DNA of 64,000 nt from Guillardia theta CCMP2712 (Eukaryota > Protista > Cryptophyta). The number at the start of each line of letters is the position of its first letter. The stretch's first letter is position 1. The notes under the pieces were generated by a model. The model was not told the DNA's origin and ran no database searches. It saw nothing but the letters and a program-made list of their open reading frames with translations. The stretch covers positions 105,759 through 169,758 of the forward strand of contig NW_005434570.1 in assembly GCF_000315625.1 (NCBI RefSeq), given 5' to 3'. Below, one piece after another: positions 1 through 13,137 of the stretch. The position numbers were made by a program, and so were the translations under genes.

Positions 1-159
1 TCGGAAACCGCCCCGGCCCGGGCCCCCCCCGCCCCCCCCGCCCCTGCCACGGGACTCCGGGACCCGGTGACCGTTAGATGGGCCCGGCCGGCCGTCCGCC
101 GGCCCGATCAGGGCCTGGCACTGAGGCCCACTCCCGCGCGGGCCGCGCCGACTTCCTGA

Positions 160-207
160 CGTACGGTACACGGCGTACTAGTGCGTACGGTACACGGCGT
201 ACTAGTG
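160..207. repeat. 24-bp tandem duplication (CGTACGGTACACGGCGTACTAGTG x2) in a GC-rich island
   Basis: Two exact adjacent copies at 160-183 and 184-207. Confidence 0.9.
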
Positions 208-430
208 GGGCTCGCTCGCCTCAGGGCCCGCGGGCCCTGGGCTGGCCCTGGGCCGCCCTGCGGGGCCCGGCCCCCCCAGCGGCCGGGCTGAAGGGCCTCA
301 GCTCAGTGCGGCGGCCCGGCCGGCCGCAGTGAAACTAATGCCAGGCAGCACCGTGACAAATTAGCGGCTAGACGGGGCCATCAAGTCAAAGTGAAGTGTA
401 GCGGCATGTTGGGGCCATGAACCTATCGCC

Positions 431-2484
431 ATGGCTCGAGAGAAGGCGCTTGCTCCTGCCACGAGTACCATGAGCCAGGAATCGAAGGTTGACAGGGTTG
501 CCACAACGACAGAAGTTCGGGTGGTGGAGGAGGAAGTGGACGAGACTGGAGTGACGATCCGAATTTCGAGGAGGGGAGACGTGGAGTTGGATGAAACCCT
601 GCTAACAGACTCGGACGAGGACAAGGAAAGACGATCGGAAGAAGATGAAAGGTGGAGCAGGGCGCCATGGCTTCATGGGAGCGCTACCTTGACGCAGTTC
701 GTGAAGCCAACAACCAAGGCAAGAGCCAATCTACAGCCTGCCCCTCCTCCGGAGCTCAAGGATGTTGAGACCTCAGATGAGCTCGACATCAGCCAGGATC
801 TAGCAGAGCAGGAAGATAGGAACACAAGGCTGCAGCGTCACAGTCGCATCTGGTCGGTGCAGGATGAGCTGGGATTTCTTGAGGAGCAAGAAAGACCGCC
901 AGCTATCAGCTTCCTCCGACCGTCAACAGCACGCCAGGTTGCGAGTCTGATCTTGTTTGTGGCCATGTCGATGCTTCTTTCCCTGGCTCTGTTCCTCTCC
1001 GCGATCTGGTTCCTGTAAGTTGCTAAGGATTGCTGTAACCTCGCGGACCGTCGGTAAGGGGATGTGCAGGATCAACCAGAGGGGAGAGGAGAAGTATTCC
1101 TTCTTCTGCATAGCGGGCATCTTGATTTCAGTCACGTTCCCACTGATAAGCATCTCGATGCATTGCCATGTAAGGCATCAAAATTCATCCTCCTCTCCTC
1201 ATGCTGCCCAACTTCAGGTGATGCAGTGGAAAAGCAGCATGCAGGGTTTCAACCTGCTGGTCCTCGCCATGGTCCATGTCCATGCGATCTGCTATGACAG
1301 AAGTCTCAAGGGTGTCTTGCTCGCAGATTCCAATCTACCACCTCGAGATCATCATCGGGACCTTTGTCCCGTCCTTCATTGTACACTTCACCTTCGCCGC
1401 ACCTTCTCTTGACTTCGCTCTTACAGAGGTTCCTGGAGGTTATCAGCGGCGCGTGCGAGGCCATCTGCTACGCCTCCTTCCTGTCTCTCACCCTGCCGGC
1501 CATGAGAATTCGCTTCTCAGTCCGGGAGAGAAAGAACCATGACATCGAGAGGCTGCCTTACGACCCCCTGTCCCAGCTGCCCATCGCATGGTATCTTTCT
1601 GCGCTGGTACTGGTTGCGTTTCCCCTTCTTACTAGGCTGATCTTGTGTACAGTGGCCTCTGATCCGACTGGCTTCAGTCCTGTACGCAGCTGTCAAGCAA
1701 CGAAAGTATGAAATCGTGGTCAGAGCATCCTTTCCGATCGCTTCAAGCTGTGATGGTTCTACAGCACCTGCTGCCCATGTTGTCGAGCGTCTGCCTTTTA
1801 ATCACAACTTTCTCCTTTGTCCTGCAGAACCAACAAGTCCTGCAGCTGCTTCCTTGCACCGCCAGGGTTGTGCCCAAAGGCGCTTCTTTGCTGGTCAGAA
1901 GCTCTCGGGAACGTGACCTTGTTGTTTTGCCTGATGTGAGATCGCCAGGCACTGATTCTGCTGAGCTCAATCAACCGAGACGGCCTGTTCACTCTGACAC
2001 ATTTCAAGATGTTCCCTGTTAGCGCAGGGGAGGACGAGGCCACAGGCTGGTCGAAACGTTACCTGCTCGTCCAATCTGTTGTCTGCCTCGTGACCGGTGG
2101 GCCTCTTCCCCCTCCTTCGTTCCCTCGCTCCCTCGCTTCTCCCTCTTGCGCTCCTCCTTTGCTGACTGAAGGGTGTCCAGTCTATCCCCTCGCGGCTTCC
2201 TTCTCCTACATGGACTTCCTGGCACTGGACAGGGTCCCACAGCAACGGCCAAAGAGAACACAGAGGCAGCGGCTGAGGAGGAGGAGCAGTTTGATTCGAT
2301 GAGGCAACCATTGGCAATCTTTTCAAAATCTTTCTTGTACACATGTAACATCCTGATTTCTCAACAAACTGACAGAACATCGCTCTCCTCACATGATAGC
2401 GCACATCTCCTAACCGACAACAGCGTACAACAGCTTCTCTGCCTCCTTCTCTTACTGCCCGAGCCCCGGCAGCCAGCCCAGTAG
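431..2484 (+). CDS. Divergent OST-alpha/TMEM184 (organic solute transporter) family membrane protein, multi-exon
   Basis: An acidic N-terminus is followed by hydrophobic exons. The spliced reading MQGFNLLVLAM-IPIYHLEIIIGTFVP...FLEVISGACEAICYASFLSL parallels TMEM184 'ILLMVPIY...CYEAF.IY.FL.L'. Later VLQHLLP and KRYLLVQSVV segments also fit. Stop at 2482-2484. Confidence 0.6.
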
Positions 2485-2506
2485 CACTCAAGACAGTCGG
2501 CAGCCG

Positions 2507-5500
2507 CTACTCGATCTCTTCAGACTCGAACTCCTGCCGCACAGGCGGCCGTCCCCCCTTCAGCCCCTCGAAGTCCAGGACTTTGCTGTTCCTCCCTACC
2601 GGGGTCAAGGAGGAGGCCGTTCGCATGCGGGGAAAAGCCAAAGTTCCACTGCTCCACTCGTGCTGGGACCCTTCCTGGAGCCTCCTGCCCACCTGCATCT
2701 TGTCGTAGTGTCGCTGCTTCGCGCCGGCTCGTCCGCTGAACGACACCGCCCTTTTCCTGCTGGAGGGTCAGCAGCGTCCCAGCAGGAGTTTTCAATATGG
2801 CGAGGACCAGAGGAAGGGTCTGTTGGGGAGGTTGGACGGGAGGATCTTTCTCAGCTGGGCCTTCAGCTCGGGGCAGCAGTCCATCGTCGAGGGCCGCAAA
2901 CACGTCTGGAGAGAGCTGGTGAGCAGGAGCAGAGCTGGGTAGGGGGAAAGTGGATACCCCAGTCTCCTTCCATGTCAGGTTGAAACCTGAAGAATCCGAA
3001 AAAAATGAAGGGCTCATGCTGCTCAGAGGAAGTGTGAGGTGCAGACGGAGGGAAGAGGTCGGGAGGGAGGAGGAGACGGGAGGAGAGGGGAAGGAGAAGG
3101 AGAGGATAGAGGCAGAAGGAGGAAGGAGGAAGAGGACCACAACATAAGAGTGTCAGGCAGAATGAGGAGGAGGCGTTGGACCTTTGCTGGGTCAAGAGTC
3201 GGGATTCCCGCAAGTGGTCCTGAAGGTCGTGAGATGGAGTCTGCTGAAAAAAAGACGTCAAACATGGTCAGGTCCGACGTCACTGATGTCAACCAGACTG
3301 TCCATTCCCAGCTCGTCCATGAAAAGATCCTCGCAGAGCGCGACGACCTGCAGTTGTCAAACTGAGTTTTGAAAAGCAGTTCGGGCAGGTTGTCACCTCA
3401 GCAAAACGAAGTTTGTTGGTGGGTGAAAGCTCTGCACTTTCCTTGATTGTAAACGTTCTGTCCTTGTCACCAGAGTCCTCGGCCCCCTTGTCCTCTTTCT
3501 GACCCTTTCCTGCCTCTAGAGAATCTGTCTTGATCTTGTCCCCTTGCGGTGTAGCCCCCGATACAATCGTTTTGCTGACCCCCGGCATGATCTCTTGCTC
3601 CTGCTCGTTCAGACTTGTCACGCGCAACGTCGATTCTTCAGCTTTCCTCCACCTGATGCCCGTCGTTGGGAGACCAGGAGGAGACGGACCCGCTGAGGTG
3701 CAGAGGGACAATCTCAACATTCACATCATCGTGCATTCCCTGCCGCCGGCATGTCAGGTCATGAGATCTAAGGGAGAGGCTCGTTGTGCAGTTTGAATGG
3801 AACGACCTCCTTCTACCTCAAGACATGCAGAACTCCAACTCTACAGCAGTCATGGAGCTCACCGGAATCACGAAACCAACGTAGTTGTTCAGCCTACGTA
3901 GCTCCTCAACTGTCTTCGGCAGGTCTTTCTCCACCAGCTTCTGAGAGGACGACGTGGCCGCTCTGTCCCGCAGGCTCCTTGCCCGGGCCCCGTCGAGGCT
4001 CGAGGAAGTCCTCGAGAGGCTGCGAGTGAAGTCCGCAGAGCGAGCACCAGTGCGAGGAGGAGGAGGAGTGCGATGAATATTCCTCTGGCTCCTTCCCTCC
4101 ACGATCTTGGTCCAGACATCCACAGGGAAAAGGACGGTAGGAGGGAGCGCGGAGACAGAAGGGATGCGAATCTGGAGAGGAGATAAGGAGAGAAAGAGAG
4201 AAAGAGGATAGCGAGGAAGCGGGTCCAACGGTCACCTGCACAGTCCCGGCAGGGATGTTGGAGCTGCCGTCTGTCCGTTCCCCACGCTTCTTGACAATCA
4301 CATCGGAGAAAGGACAAGACGATACCTGAGCGACGAGTTCAGTTCACGCTCGAGACGAGAATGAGAGAATCTACTCTCTTCTCCCTCCCTTCCAGTAAGT
4401 CCTCCTCCTGCTGCTCCTACTCCTGCTCCTCATTTTCTTTGACTCTCCTCTGCTCTGCTCTGTTCTTCTCTACACTGCCATCTCGGACCGATGCGGCTCA
4501 TACCTCGGAGATGGACTCTCCCCACACAGAGAGGAGGGTGACTTTGTCTGTCATCGGCTGATACACCAAGAGGGCATAGGGGAACGAGATCTGAGACATC
4601 TTCGTGCTCAGCGTCCGGATCTTCTTCTTCCAGCCCGTCCTCTCCTGCTGCGCAGAGTCGTAGATGTGGGCGAGGTTTGACCTGCAAAAGTCGACACAGG
4701 ATGAGCAGAGAAAGGGAAGGGAGAGGGAAGAGGAGGTGAGAGAAGTCGAGTGGGGGGAAGATGAGATGAGAGGGGAGAGGAGGGGAAGGGAGGGGAACCG
4801 GGAGATCTGAGCCTTGAGGTCATGGAGTTGATAAAGCTCCGTCAATGCAGACTCGACTGTCAGCGCCTTTGTTCCGCTCTGACCCGCTGACTGTTTCATA
4901 GAAGTCAATGTTGTCTCGTAGCTCAGAGCCACCACCTCCACATCGCTATCACAACAACCTTATCATCACCACCACCATCACCACCATCGTTGTCTTCATG
5001 ATCAAATTCATCGTCACCTCAACAACAACTCATCATCCTCATCCTCATCATTTCCATCATCATCTCCATCATCATCATCTCCATCATCATCATCTCCATC
5101 ATCATCATCTCCATCATCATCATCTCCATCATCATCATCAACAACAACAACAACTCACCGTTGCGATCTCTTCGAACACCCCTTGACTTCTGCCTTCGGT
5201 CGGCTCTATGTCATGCTCCACCACAAGTCTGTCTAAAACAGGAGCTTCTGCCTTCCTCTCCTCCTGCTGTGTACGTTGTCGACTCCCGCCCACCAAGCTC
5301 TGCTCCTCCTCCTTCTCCAAGTCTGCGGCAGTTTGCGTTTCGACATTGCCCTCTTCGAACTGCTGACTTTCTCCACCCGTTTCTATGAGTGGACTTGCTG
5401 CTGCTGCCTGTGCCGTTACAACCTTCTCCTCAACATTTACAGTCGTCTCCTCTGCTTGAGAGGATGATGGAATCTTGCTCTGAAAGGTGTCTCGCGACAA

Positions 5501-6400
5501 CCCGTCTTGCACGATCTCACGAGAGTTATCCCCAACATCAGCATTGAACACACTTTTCTGATCGATAGATCTCTGTATGCTGCTCAGCACGATCGAAGTC
5601 TTCCTCCGCACTGATGCAAATTTCGACGCAAAGTCCTCGGCGTTCTCAACCTCAGTGAGGAAAAACTCGTTGGCCGACGACGCCGTTGAGGTCTGACTTC
5701 CGGTCCTCGAGAAGAGCTGGGAGCTATTGTCTTCCCCGCTATCATGCTTCCCAGTGAAGTTGCTCGCAAGGTACTCGGCCCTGATCATATTCTCCTTCAT
5801 CATATTCTCCTTCATCTGCACGTGCCCTTGCTGTAGCTCGTCTATCTTGGCCTTCACCTCAGACTGCGCATGCGCCCTCAGGTTATCTCTGTGCTCGGAG
5901 ATGTTCGAGGTCTGAGCAGACATGCCAGGGGAGGACAAAGCGGGGGAGTCATAGACGTCAGATGCTGAATCCTCCTGTAGACTGGGATGATGGTGAATGC
6001 CAATGAGGGACAGAGTGAGAGGTAGTAGAAACTCACTTAGGAGCGGGGCGAACAGTCCTTCCCTCCTCAGGGATGTATGGCACGAGACTGGACCTGTCCA
6101 CACTTGCTCAGTCTCAAGTCGTTGAGCATGCCAGGCTTGACCTGTCAGATGACAGCGTCATGGATGTTCTCTTGCCATCCGCCTGCTTTCATGTCAGTAC
6201 ACGACAGCGCAAACGTGGGCTTGTTCAACCTTGAAGCTCACGATGAGCCCCTTGGGAAAGATCGGAGGAAGGTTTCTTGCCTTCCTAGCCGACAGAGGAC
6301 CGCTGTCAAAGCTGCTCTCTGTCACTGCTCGCGTGCAACGTCAAAGATCGGACTATCACAAGACGACATCCACGGCACCTTGCAGTCTTTTCATGCTGGG
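2507..6400 (-). CDS. Hypothetical multi-exon protein (acidic, coiled-coil-like); 5' end uncertain
   Basis: A chain of minus-strand exon-like ORFs (5138-6103, 4498-4941, 3818-4228, 3289-3720, 2507-2746) is separated by GT-AG introns. No recognisable domain. Confidence 0.5.
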
Positions 6401-6679
6401 CTGTCCAGTCAGGATCCGATCCGATCTCCATCGACGAAGGAGGCAGGGAGAGAGGCACTGGAGGTATCTTCCATCTTCTTCCCAGACCAATGCTCCGATG
6501 TCTTGTACGTCCTCCTCCTCCTCCTCCTCCTCCTCCTCTCCCTCAACGCCCTTTTCCTGCCATGTTGTCGCCGCAAGTCAAAGATCGTTAGATATTGACT
6601 ACAGATCCACACAGTTCAATATTGACTATAGGTGAGACATTTCAACAAACCCGCCTCAGGATCTTGCGTCCGGTCCGTG

Positions 6680-9600
6680 ATGGCGGTGGGGGCTGGGAAG
6701 GCATGGCTGCTGCTGCTGCTGCTGTCCATGGCCGGAAGCTGCTCCATCGCCTCGCAAGGAGGGCAGACGGTTGAGACGATCCGGCAGCAAGACATGGCGC
6801 CGCAGGGGATGACCCATCTGAGGGATGCGAAGAAGGGGAAGAAAGTCAAAGTCGCGAAGGTCCCGACGGAGCCTCCTGTCGGAACCAGGGACTTCTACCC
6901 GGACGAGGTACCATGATGAGAGTTCGATGATCTCTGATTGATCTCGGTTGTCCATGTTGTCCCTTTGTGTACTGGGTGCTACAGTTGAACATGTATCTGC
7001 TAGATGTGAACATGTGCCTTCTGATTGTTGGTCTTGACACAATCTGGATACAGTTTGCACGCCGGTCGTGGCTGTTCGAGAGCTTCCGCCAGGTATCTAA
7101 GAGATTCAACTTCCAAGGTGCACCCTATCACGACAACTATCATGAGATGTCTGACACTCGTGTAGAGTATGACTCTCCTGTGTTGGAGCATGAAGTTCTT
7201 TACACCCGCAAGTCCGGGGAGGAGATCACGGGGCAGATGTACAACTTTGTCGACAAGGTGATGCAAGAGAGTCCTGGCACGTGTGCAGGACCTGACGAGG
7301 CTGCTAGGATGGGTACAATGTGACATTGAGGCCGGAAATGACTCCCAGCTTGGCTCGGATGGTCATATCGAGGGAAAAAGAGCTGTTCTTCCCTCTCAAA
7401 TGGTTCTCCATCCCTCAGGTCAGTCCGTGTCTCCCATCTGCTCCTACACTCACCCTCGTCCTCGGCAATGCCAGTGCTGGAGGTTCGAAAACGTGCAGGC
7501 AAGACCGTGACTGACCTTCCTTGCTACTTCGCTCTTACCCAGAAGGCACAGAGGGGGAGGAAGCGGGAGCACTATCAGTGGAACATGGACATTGTTGGAG
7601 TGAAAGTGATATTGCTCTATCGAGCATCGACGTCTCCTCCGCTCCTCTCAGCTCCTTGTTGCAGAACGTGGCAGCTGAAGCTGAGCTGATCGCAGCTACC
7701 GTCAGTCTCTTCCAGTCCCTCGGCCTGGGCTCGGGGGATGTAGGCATCAAGGTATGTGAGGACAGGAACTCTGCTGCTCTGACTTGGCTTGTAAGGTGAA
7801 CTCTCGTAAGATCCTCAACTCAGCGTTGAAGATCATGGATGTGCCCGATGAAAACTTCTCGTCAATCTGCATCATCCTCGACAAGATAGACAAGGTTGGC
7901 TCGCAGTTTTAGCGTTCGATCCTCCACTGATCTCCCGGCAGATTGGAAGAGATCGAGTTGTAGAGGACCTGGAGAGCGCTCATAGCTTGCAAGTGATCGT
8001 TCAGCCACCCACGTGTTCCCTCGTTGACATCCTTACAGCATGATTGTTCTCTCAACATTGTCAAGATCGCCTCGTGCACTTCGCTCGAGTCGCTCGAAGA
8101 GACGATCCGGTCAGTCGATGACGAGGAGAAGATTGAAGACTCATGTGCTTCACCTTACAGTGACTTGAAGAGAGAAACGCATGCTGCTGTCCCTGAGCTC
8201 CGCGCTGCCATTGACGAGCTCCGCCAACTTTTCTCCCTGCTAGACTCGCACGGAGTGAGTTTGTCGTGCTGTTCGAGCCTGTCAATTACTCGGCGTCTCT
8301 TCTAGGTCAAGGACTATGTCTCCTTCGATGCCAGCGTTGTCCGAGGGCTTGCGTACTACACAGGAAGAGGAGGGAGTGGAAGAGAAGGAGGAGGGGGGGG
8401 GGAGGGGGAGGCAGGATCAAGAGGAAAAGGGAAGGGCCGGGAGGGAACAAGGGGAAAGAGAGAGGGTATGGGAAGGGGAAAGCCTGGAGCCTAGATTGTA
8501 TCTCATCTCTGGGAGCGGGGGCGGGGGGTTGAAGAGAAACTCACAGGAAGGAATGAAGAGTGAGTTCATCCTTCTGACATGCTGACGTGCAGGGATCGTA
8601 TGGGAAGGGTTTGACCTCTCAGGAGAGTTTCGAGCGATCTGCGGGGGAGGGAGGTGGAGTTCCTTCTGGTTGTCTGGTGGTGGGAGGAGGACTGATTGAA
8701 AGCTGAAGATATGACAACTTGATGAAGCTTTATGGAGCACAACACGAGGTAACAAGAAGTCATGGTTGCCCATGATGACAAGGGCTCGTAGATCCCTTGC
8801 GTTGGGTTTGGATTCGGGGATTGTGTGATCATGGAAGTTCTTGCAAAGAGGTACTCGCATACCTTAGCACATGCATGCATGATCAGCTCCATTTTTGTCA
8901 GCTGAAGATCGTGTTTTGCTCTTTGTCTTCATGTGCAATAGCTGCAACCTTGTGCTGAGTAGTTTGTATTTGATCACAGGAACTTACTGCCTAAAACCAT
9001 GAAGACTTGCGATGTTGTGGTTGCTGCTTACAATCAGGTCTTCGAACTTCGATGGAATGAGTCATGTGACGTAGGAGCTCAACAGGAAATGCTCGGCCAT
9101 GCTTGCAGCATCACATCGCAACTCCGTCAGGTGCTGGGCGCCAATTTCTATCTGGGTCGAGCTAAAGATTGGACAGGCGAATGTGATTGTAGACTTGTCT
9201 CTGCAACCAAAGAATCGCATCGGAAATGTGGGCGGCAGGTTGAGGGAACGAAGACCTCTAACGCATCTTCCTTTAGATCTTCGACTATGCTGATCGATCG
9301 GGAGCATATCATATGATCTTCGTCGCTCCTGACGAGATTGCAAGAGGTCTGAAGCTGATATTATCTCGTCCCTTCAACATCCTTCCTTTTGCCGACCAAC
9401 TCTTAGCTCCAGCCATCGTTCCTTGACTTCTTCTTTACAGGGAAAGTGCGGATCAAAGCGTTGAGAGGATCTTTCAGTGAGATCAATCTCAGTACTTCCC
9501 CTCATTCTTCCCTTTCCACATCTTGACAGTCATCGCAGGAGGTTTCAAGAGCCTGGGGGGTGAGACGTATGAGATCTCAGGTGAGTGCGGAGCTATTGCG

Positions 9601-9709
9601 ATTGCGATCGCTTCAAGCTGACGGGACTTCAGAGGATGGAAAGCAGATTGACGTGCCTATCGGGAGCATACGTCACTTTATCGAGGAGCTCTATTCCTCT
9701 CCTTCCTAG
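6680..9709 (+). CDS. HARS: Histidyl-tRNA synthetase with N-terminal signal peptide, multi-exon
   Basis: Motifs GTRDFYP, EYDSPVLE..LY.RKSGEEI..QMY.F.DK, LRPEMTPSLAR, CWRFE..RGRKREHYQWNMDI, VVRGLAYYTG, RAICGGGRYD and GFGFGDCVI. The last exon ends ...ELYSSPS* at 9709. Confidence 0.95.
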
Positions 9710-9928
9710 CATTTCGTTGTCACTCATTTCTTCTATCTAGTTAATCTTCAATTGCTTCCTGTCATGTTTGCCCCTTTTTCACATTATCCCCTTCAAAATC
9801 CCACCTGAAATTATGTATTCGAAGTTGTTTCAAACCACATAGGACTTTGTCGAGGGGCTGAGCCGATGCAGCTCCTTCAGAACAGGTTTCTGCTGGAACC
9901 CGACCGCCCCCCTCCTGCTCGTGGAACG

Positions 9929-10096
9929 CCGGAAGAAGACTGCTCGGTAGATGCTCTCCTCGTCGTCCCCCGCCGTCCCATTGCAAGCGAGCTTGTCCCA
10001 TGAGCGCTCCTGGGCATGAGACGCTCCTGCTCTCTTGAGGAGCCCGCGGTCTTGCTCCTGACTCCGCCCGGGCCGCCTGTAGGGCCACCTGGTGAC
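9929..10096 (-). pseudogene. 5'-truncated fragment of the RWP-RK gene at 49348-49973
   Basis: The reverse complement aligns with 49704-49898 (VTRWPY...AQERSWDKLACNGTAGDDEESIYRAVFFR) with indels. The upstream CRKLG portion is missing. Confidence 0.85.
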
Positions 10097-10779
10097 TGTC
10101 GGAACCAGCCGCTGAGCGGTCAGGACTTTGTCGGCGCAGCCGATCCTAGCTTGAGTCGGCGACTCATCACAGCCTCGGACTCAGATCGGACCGTCCGGGA
10201 CCGGGCCGCCCGGCCGCGACCACTGCCACGGATCCGACTCCCGGCGACGCCGCCAGTGCCCGGCGGCCGAACCCGGCGCCGGTCTTCCGACTCATGACGG
10301 CCCGTTGAGATAGCCAGATGCGGCTGTAGTACTTGCCGGCAATGGGCAGGAGGGTTGGAGAGAAGACTTGAAAGAGATAGAGTTAGAAAGTGAGAGGCAG
10401 GAGTCATTGATCTACATGATAGTAACCAACACCGATACCAACTTGCATCTCTGATCTCATGATCCTCACTCGCATCCTTTCATGCGTATCATTCAGAGAT
10501 AGATCAGGAGCCTTACGACCTGAGACAGCGGGATGGAGCCATCGTCGAGCAGAGCTCGCACGAGACACTCGATCTACTCAGAGGTGCTTGTAACTTTGCT
10601 CAGCAACATCTGACCGACGCGTGAAGGGAGGAGAAACGTCAGCCGGAGAGAGCGGGCAAGAAGTTGCAACAGCAAGACCAGTCGAGGTTGCTTATTATGC
10701 TTGCTGCGAAGCAGCAGCATTCGCTCATGGATGGTTTTGGTAGGCTCCTTCTAATGGTGACTTTCATGCTGCAAACTCC

Positions 10780-12294
10780 ATGGTTCACTCCAAGAATTTC
10801 TTTCCGTGGGCTGGACAGGTTGTCGATCTGTTTTTGCCGCGGTTTGACGAGCTGGAGCAGGCAGAAGTGATACGAGCAATGCAGAAAGATGATTATTACA
10901 CCACACACTTGAAGGCTGGTTGCTTTTGTAGCTGAGTCCCTTCTCATCTCTCTCCATAGAAAGCTTTGGCTGATGCCATTCAAGCTGTCTTGGGGGCGAG
11001 GGCGATTACCAGGTGGTCCGAGGCGAATCAAGAGCTGAACTTACAAACTTTTGAGGCATCAAAACGCCATTGAGAACATAGCAGGCCTAGTGTACTTCGG
11101 TTTGACCACAGGAAGGTCGCATCACAGATCCCTTGCTTTGGTCAAGACCCGGCTGACTGAACTTGACTCGTTTTAGTGCCAAACCTACGCTGGGAGAAGA
11201 GTACTGCGAAGTTCGACAGGTGTGCAATCATAGTCAACCACCTCACTATCTTTTGATGGACTTGATCAGCTTGCTGCTGATACTGAGACCTCTGCCTCGA
11301 GAGCTCAAAGGGCAGCCTTGATAGTTTGGAAGCTCGTCGTTCCCTACGTTTCCAAAGTGAATCGTGCACTAGGATCTTTGTTCATACACTGACAGAGGAG
11401 CGAAGATAGCTCAAATGCGAATCATTCGCCAGAACAACATGAGAAATCTCGAAGGGAGTGATGGGAGGACGAGGGCTCGATGGCTGCATATGGCTGCCCA
11501 AGCGCTTCCGATGTGCAATGAAATATTCGAGGCGGCAAACCGCCTTCACCTTGCAGCATTCTACATGTATGGAATGTTTTACAGCCTTCCTCATAGGTTT
11601 GTTCTTTGATCTTACGCTTCAAGCTCAGTTTGAAAGCAGATTTGCTGAAATTCGACACATCTCGCTTCAAGCAAATCGCGGTCATCGAGACTTCAACACG
11701 TTGTAGGTTGCATTTTGAAACGAGTTAGTGATGTGAAGTTTGTCTTGTTTTCAAGGTACTCTATCTTGGCGAAGCTTCTTGTATTCAAAGAAATTGTGAT
11801 CTTAGCCGATTATTTAGGTACTAGAGTGAAATCGCTAGGGTCAGTCCATTGGTTGCATGCGGCACTCAATTGTAACACCTTTCCATCAGCAAGGCGGATG
11901 TGCAAGTATTCCAGCAGGAGGCTGACAGCGATGATGTGAGCTCAGCAGATCCATCGAATACCCCTGGAGCGTCGAGCAACAAGAAGAAGTGCATGCTTTG
12001 CTTGAGTTCACGGAGACATCCGACGGCTACGCAATGCGGTAGTCTCGAGAGAGAGAGAGAGTGCTGCTGTATGAAATCACATGTTTTGTGTATCAGGGCA
12101 CGTATTCTGCTGGACTTGCATCTCAGAATGGTGTGCAAATAAGCCGGAATGTCCCTTGTGCAGGTGCTTAAACTTGCTCTTGAACGCTACAGTGCATATC
12201 TTGATTGCCCTGATCTATTGGTTTGCGACGCAGGCAGCGAATATCTCTTTCTTCACTCTTGCGACTTTATCATTACACACCTACATCAGAGTAA
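10780..12294 (+). CDS. PEX10: Peroxisome biogenesis factor 10 (RING peroxin); extra 5' exons from ~10.3 kb are possible
   Basis: [43 protein letters not shown] and a C-terminal RING ([39 protein letters not shown]), ending ...LYHYTPTSE*. Confidence 0.93.
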
Positions 12295-12418
12295 AGCTAA
12301 ATGGAAGAACATGCGCAGGAGTTGGGCGATGATATCAGAATCCTTCACACATTTATTTCAATCATTTAAAGATCATCTTTCTCAGTCTTTTCTACAAAGC
12401 TGGATACTATGGAAACTG

Positions 12419-13137
12419 TTAAACTATGATAGTCATGTCGAGAGGGCGGATGCTTTGCCTCGATAGGCCCCCGACCTTGTTCTGTATTTCCTTGACGTTC
12501 AACAATCTCCTCCTCATCAAGATCGGAACGTTCTCTTCTCCTCTTGACACAAGGATCTCCACTGATGTCCCTGCTGGACCGAGCATCTTGGACGCGATGT
12601 TGTACACGTTGCTATATCTTTCACACTTGTCAGCTTCATCTGGCATCACAGCAGCTCCACCGACCTCACAGACACCCCGTCGATCTCTAGGAGTACATCT
12701 CCTACCTTCGGGCATGGCGAGACGAGATCTGCAGGATGATCAAGACACGGGACAACGCATACATCCTCCGAGTTGTTCACCGTGCTCGTTAGGACAGAAT
12801 ATTGCCGTGAATGTCGGGCGATCAGATTTTGGGTCCATGCTTATCATCGCACCTATCCCAGCACTAGCATCCTGGGATCCGGTTTCAAGTCAAGTCTTTG
12901 ATTCGTGGTACAGCTTCTGACCTGAGATGGAGATGTATGGTTTGGAGATGATGGTTGACCACAGACTTTGATGATAACATTCATGTAAGGCAGTGATTCC
13001 ACCACTCGAACAATCGCACCTGGCGAACGAACGAGTCTTGCATTCAATGGCGGGGTTTCCTGCTCGCAACAGAAATTGCCACAGACCCGCAGACTTTCCT
13101 TTCGTTTCTCTAGCCCAGACTCTAGTACATTCCCCAT
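12419..13137 (-). CDS. PDZ-domain protein, possibly N-acylated (MGN start, Cys cluster)
   Basis: AGIGAII loop, then spliced GDVLLEIDGVSVR-YSNVYNIASKMLGPAGTSVEILVSR, a typical PDZ C-terminal half. The start is inferred. Confidence 0.7.

Noticed and set aside
10915-10959. GC-AG intron in PEX10
   Set aside because: An in-frame GT-AG solution (donor at 10919) works equally well.
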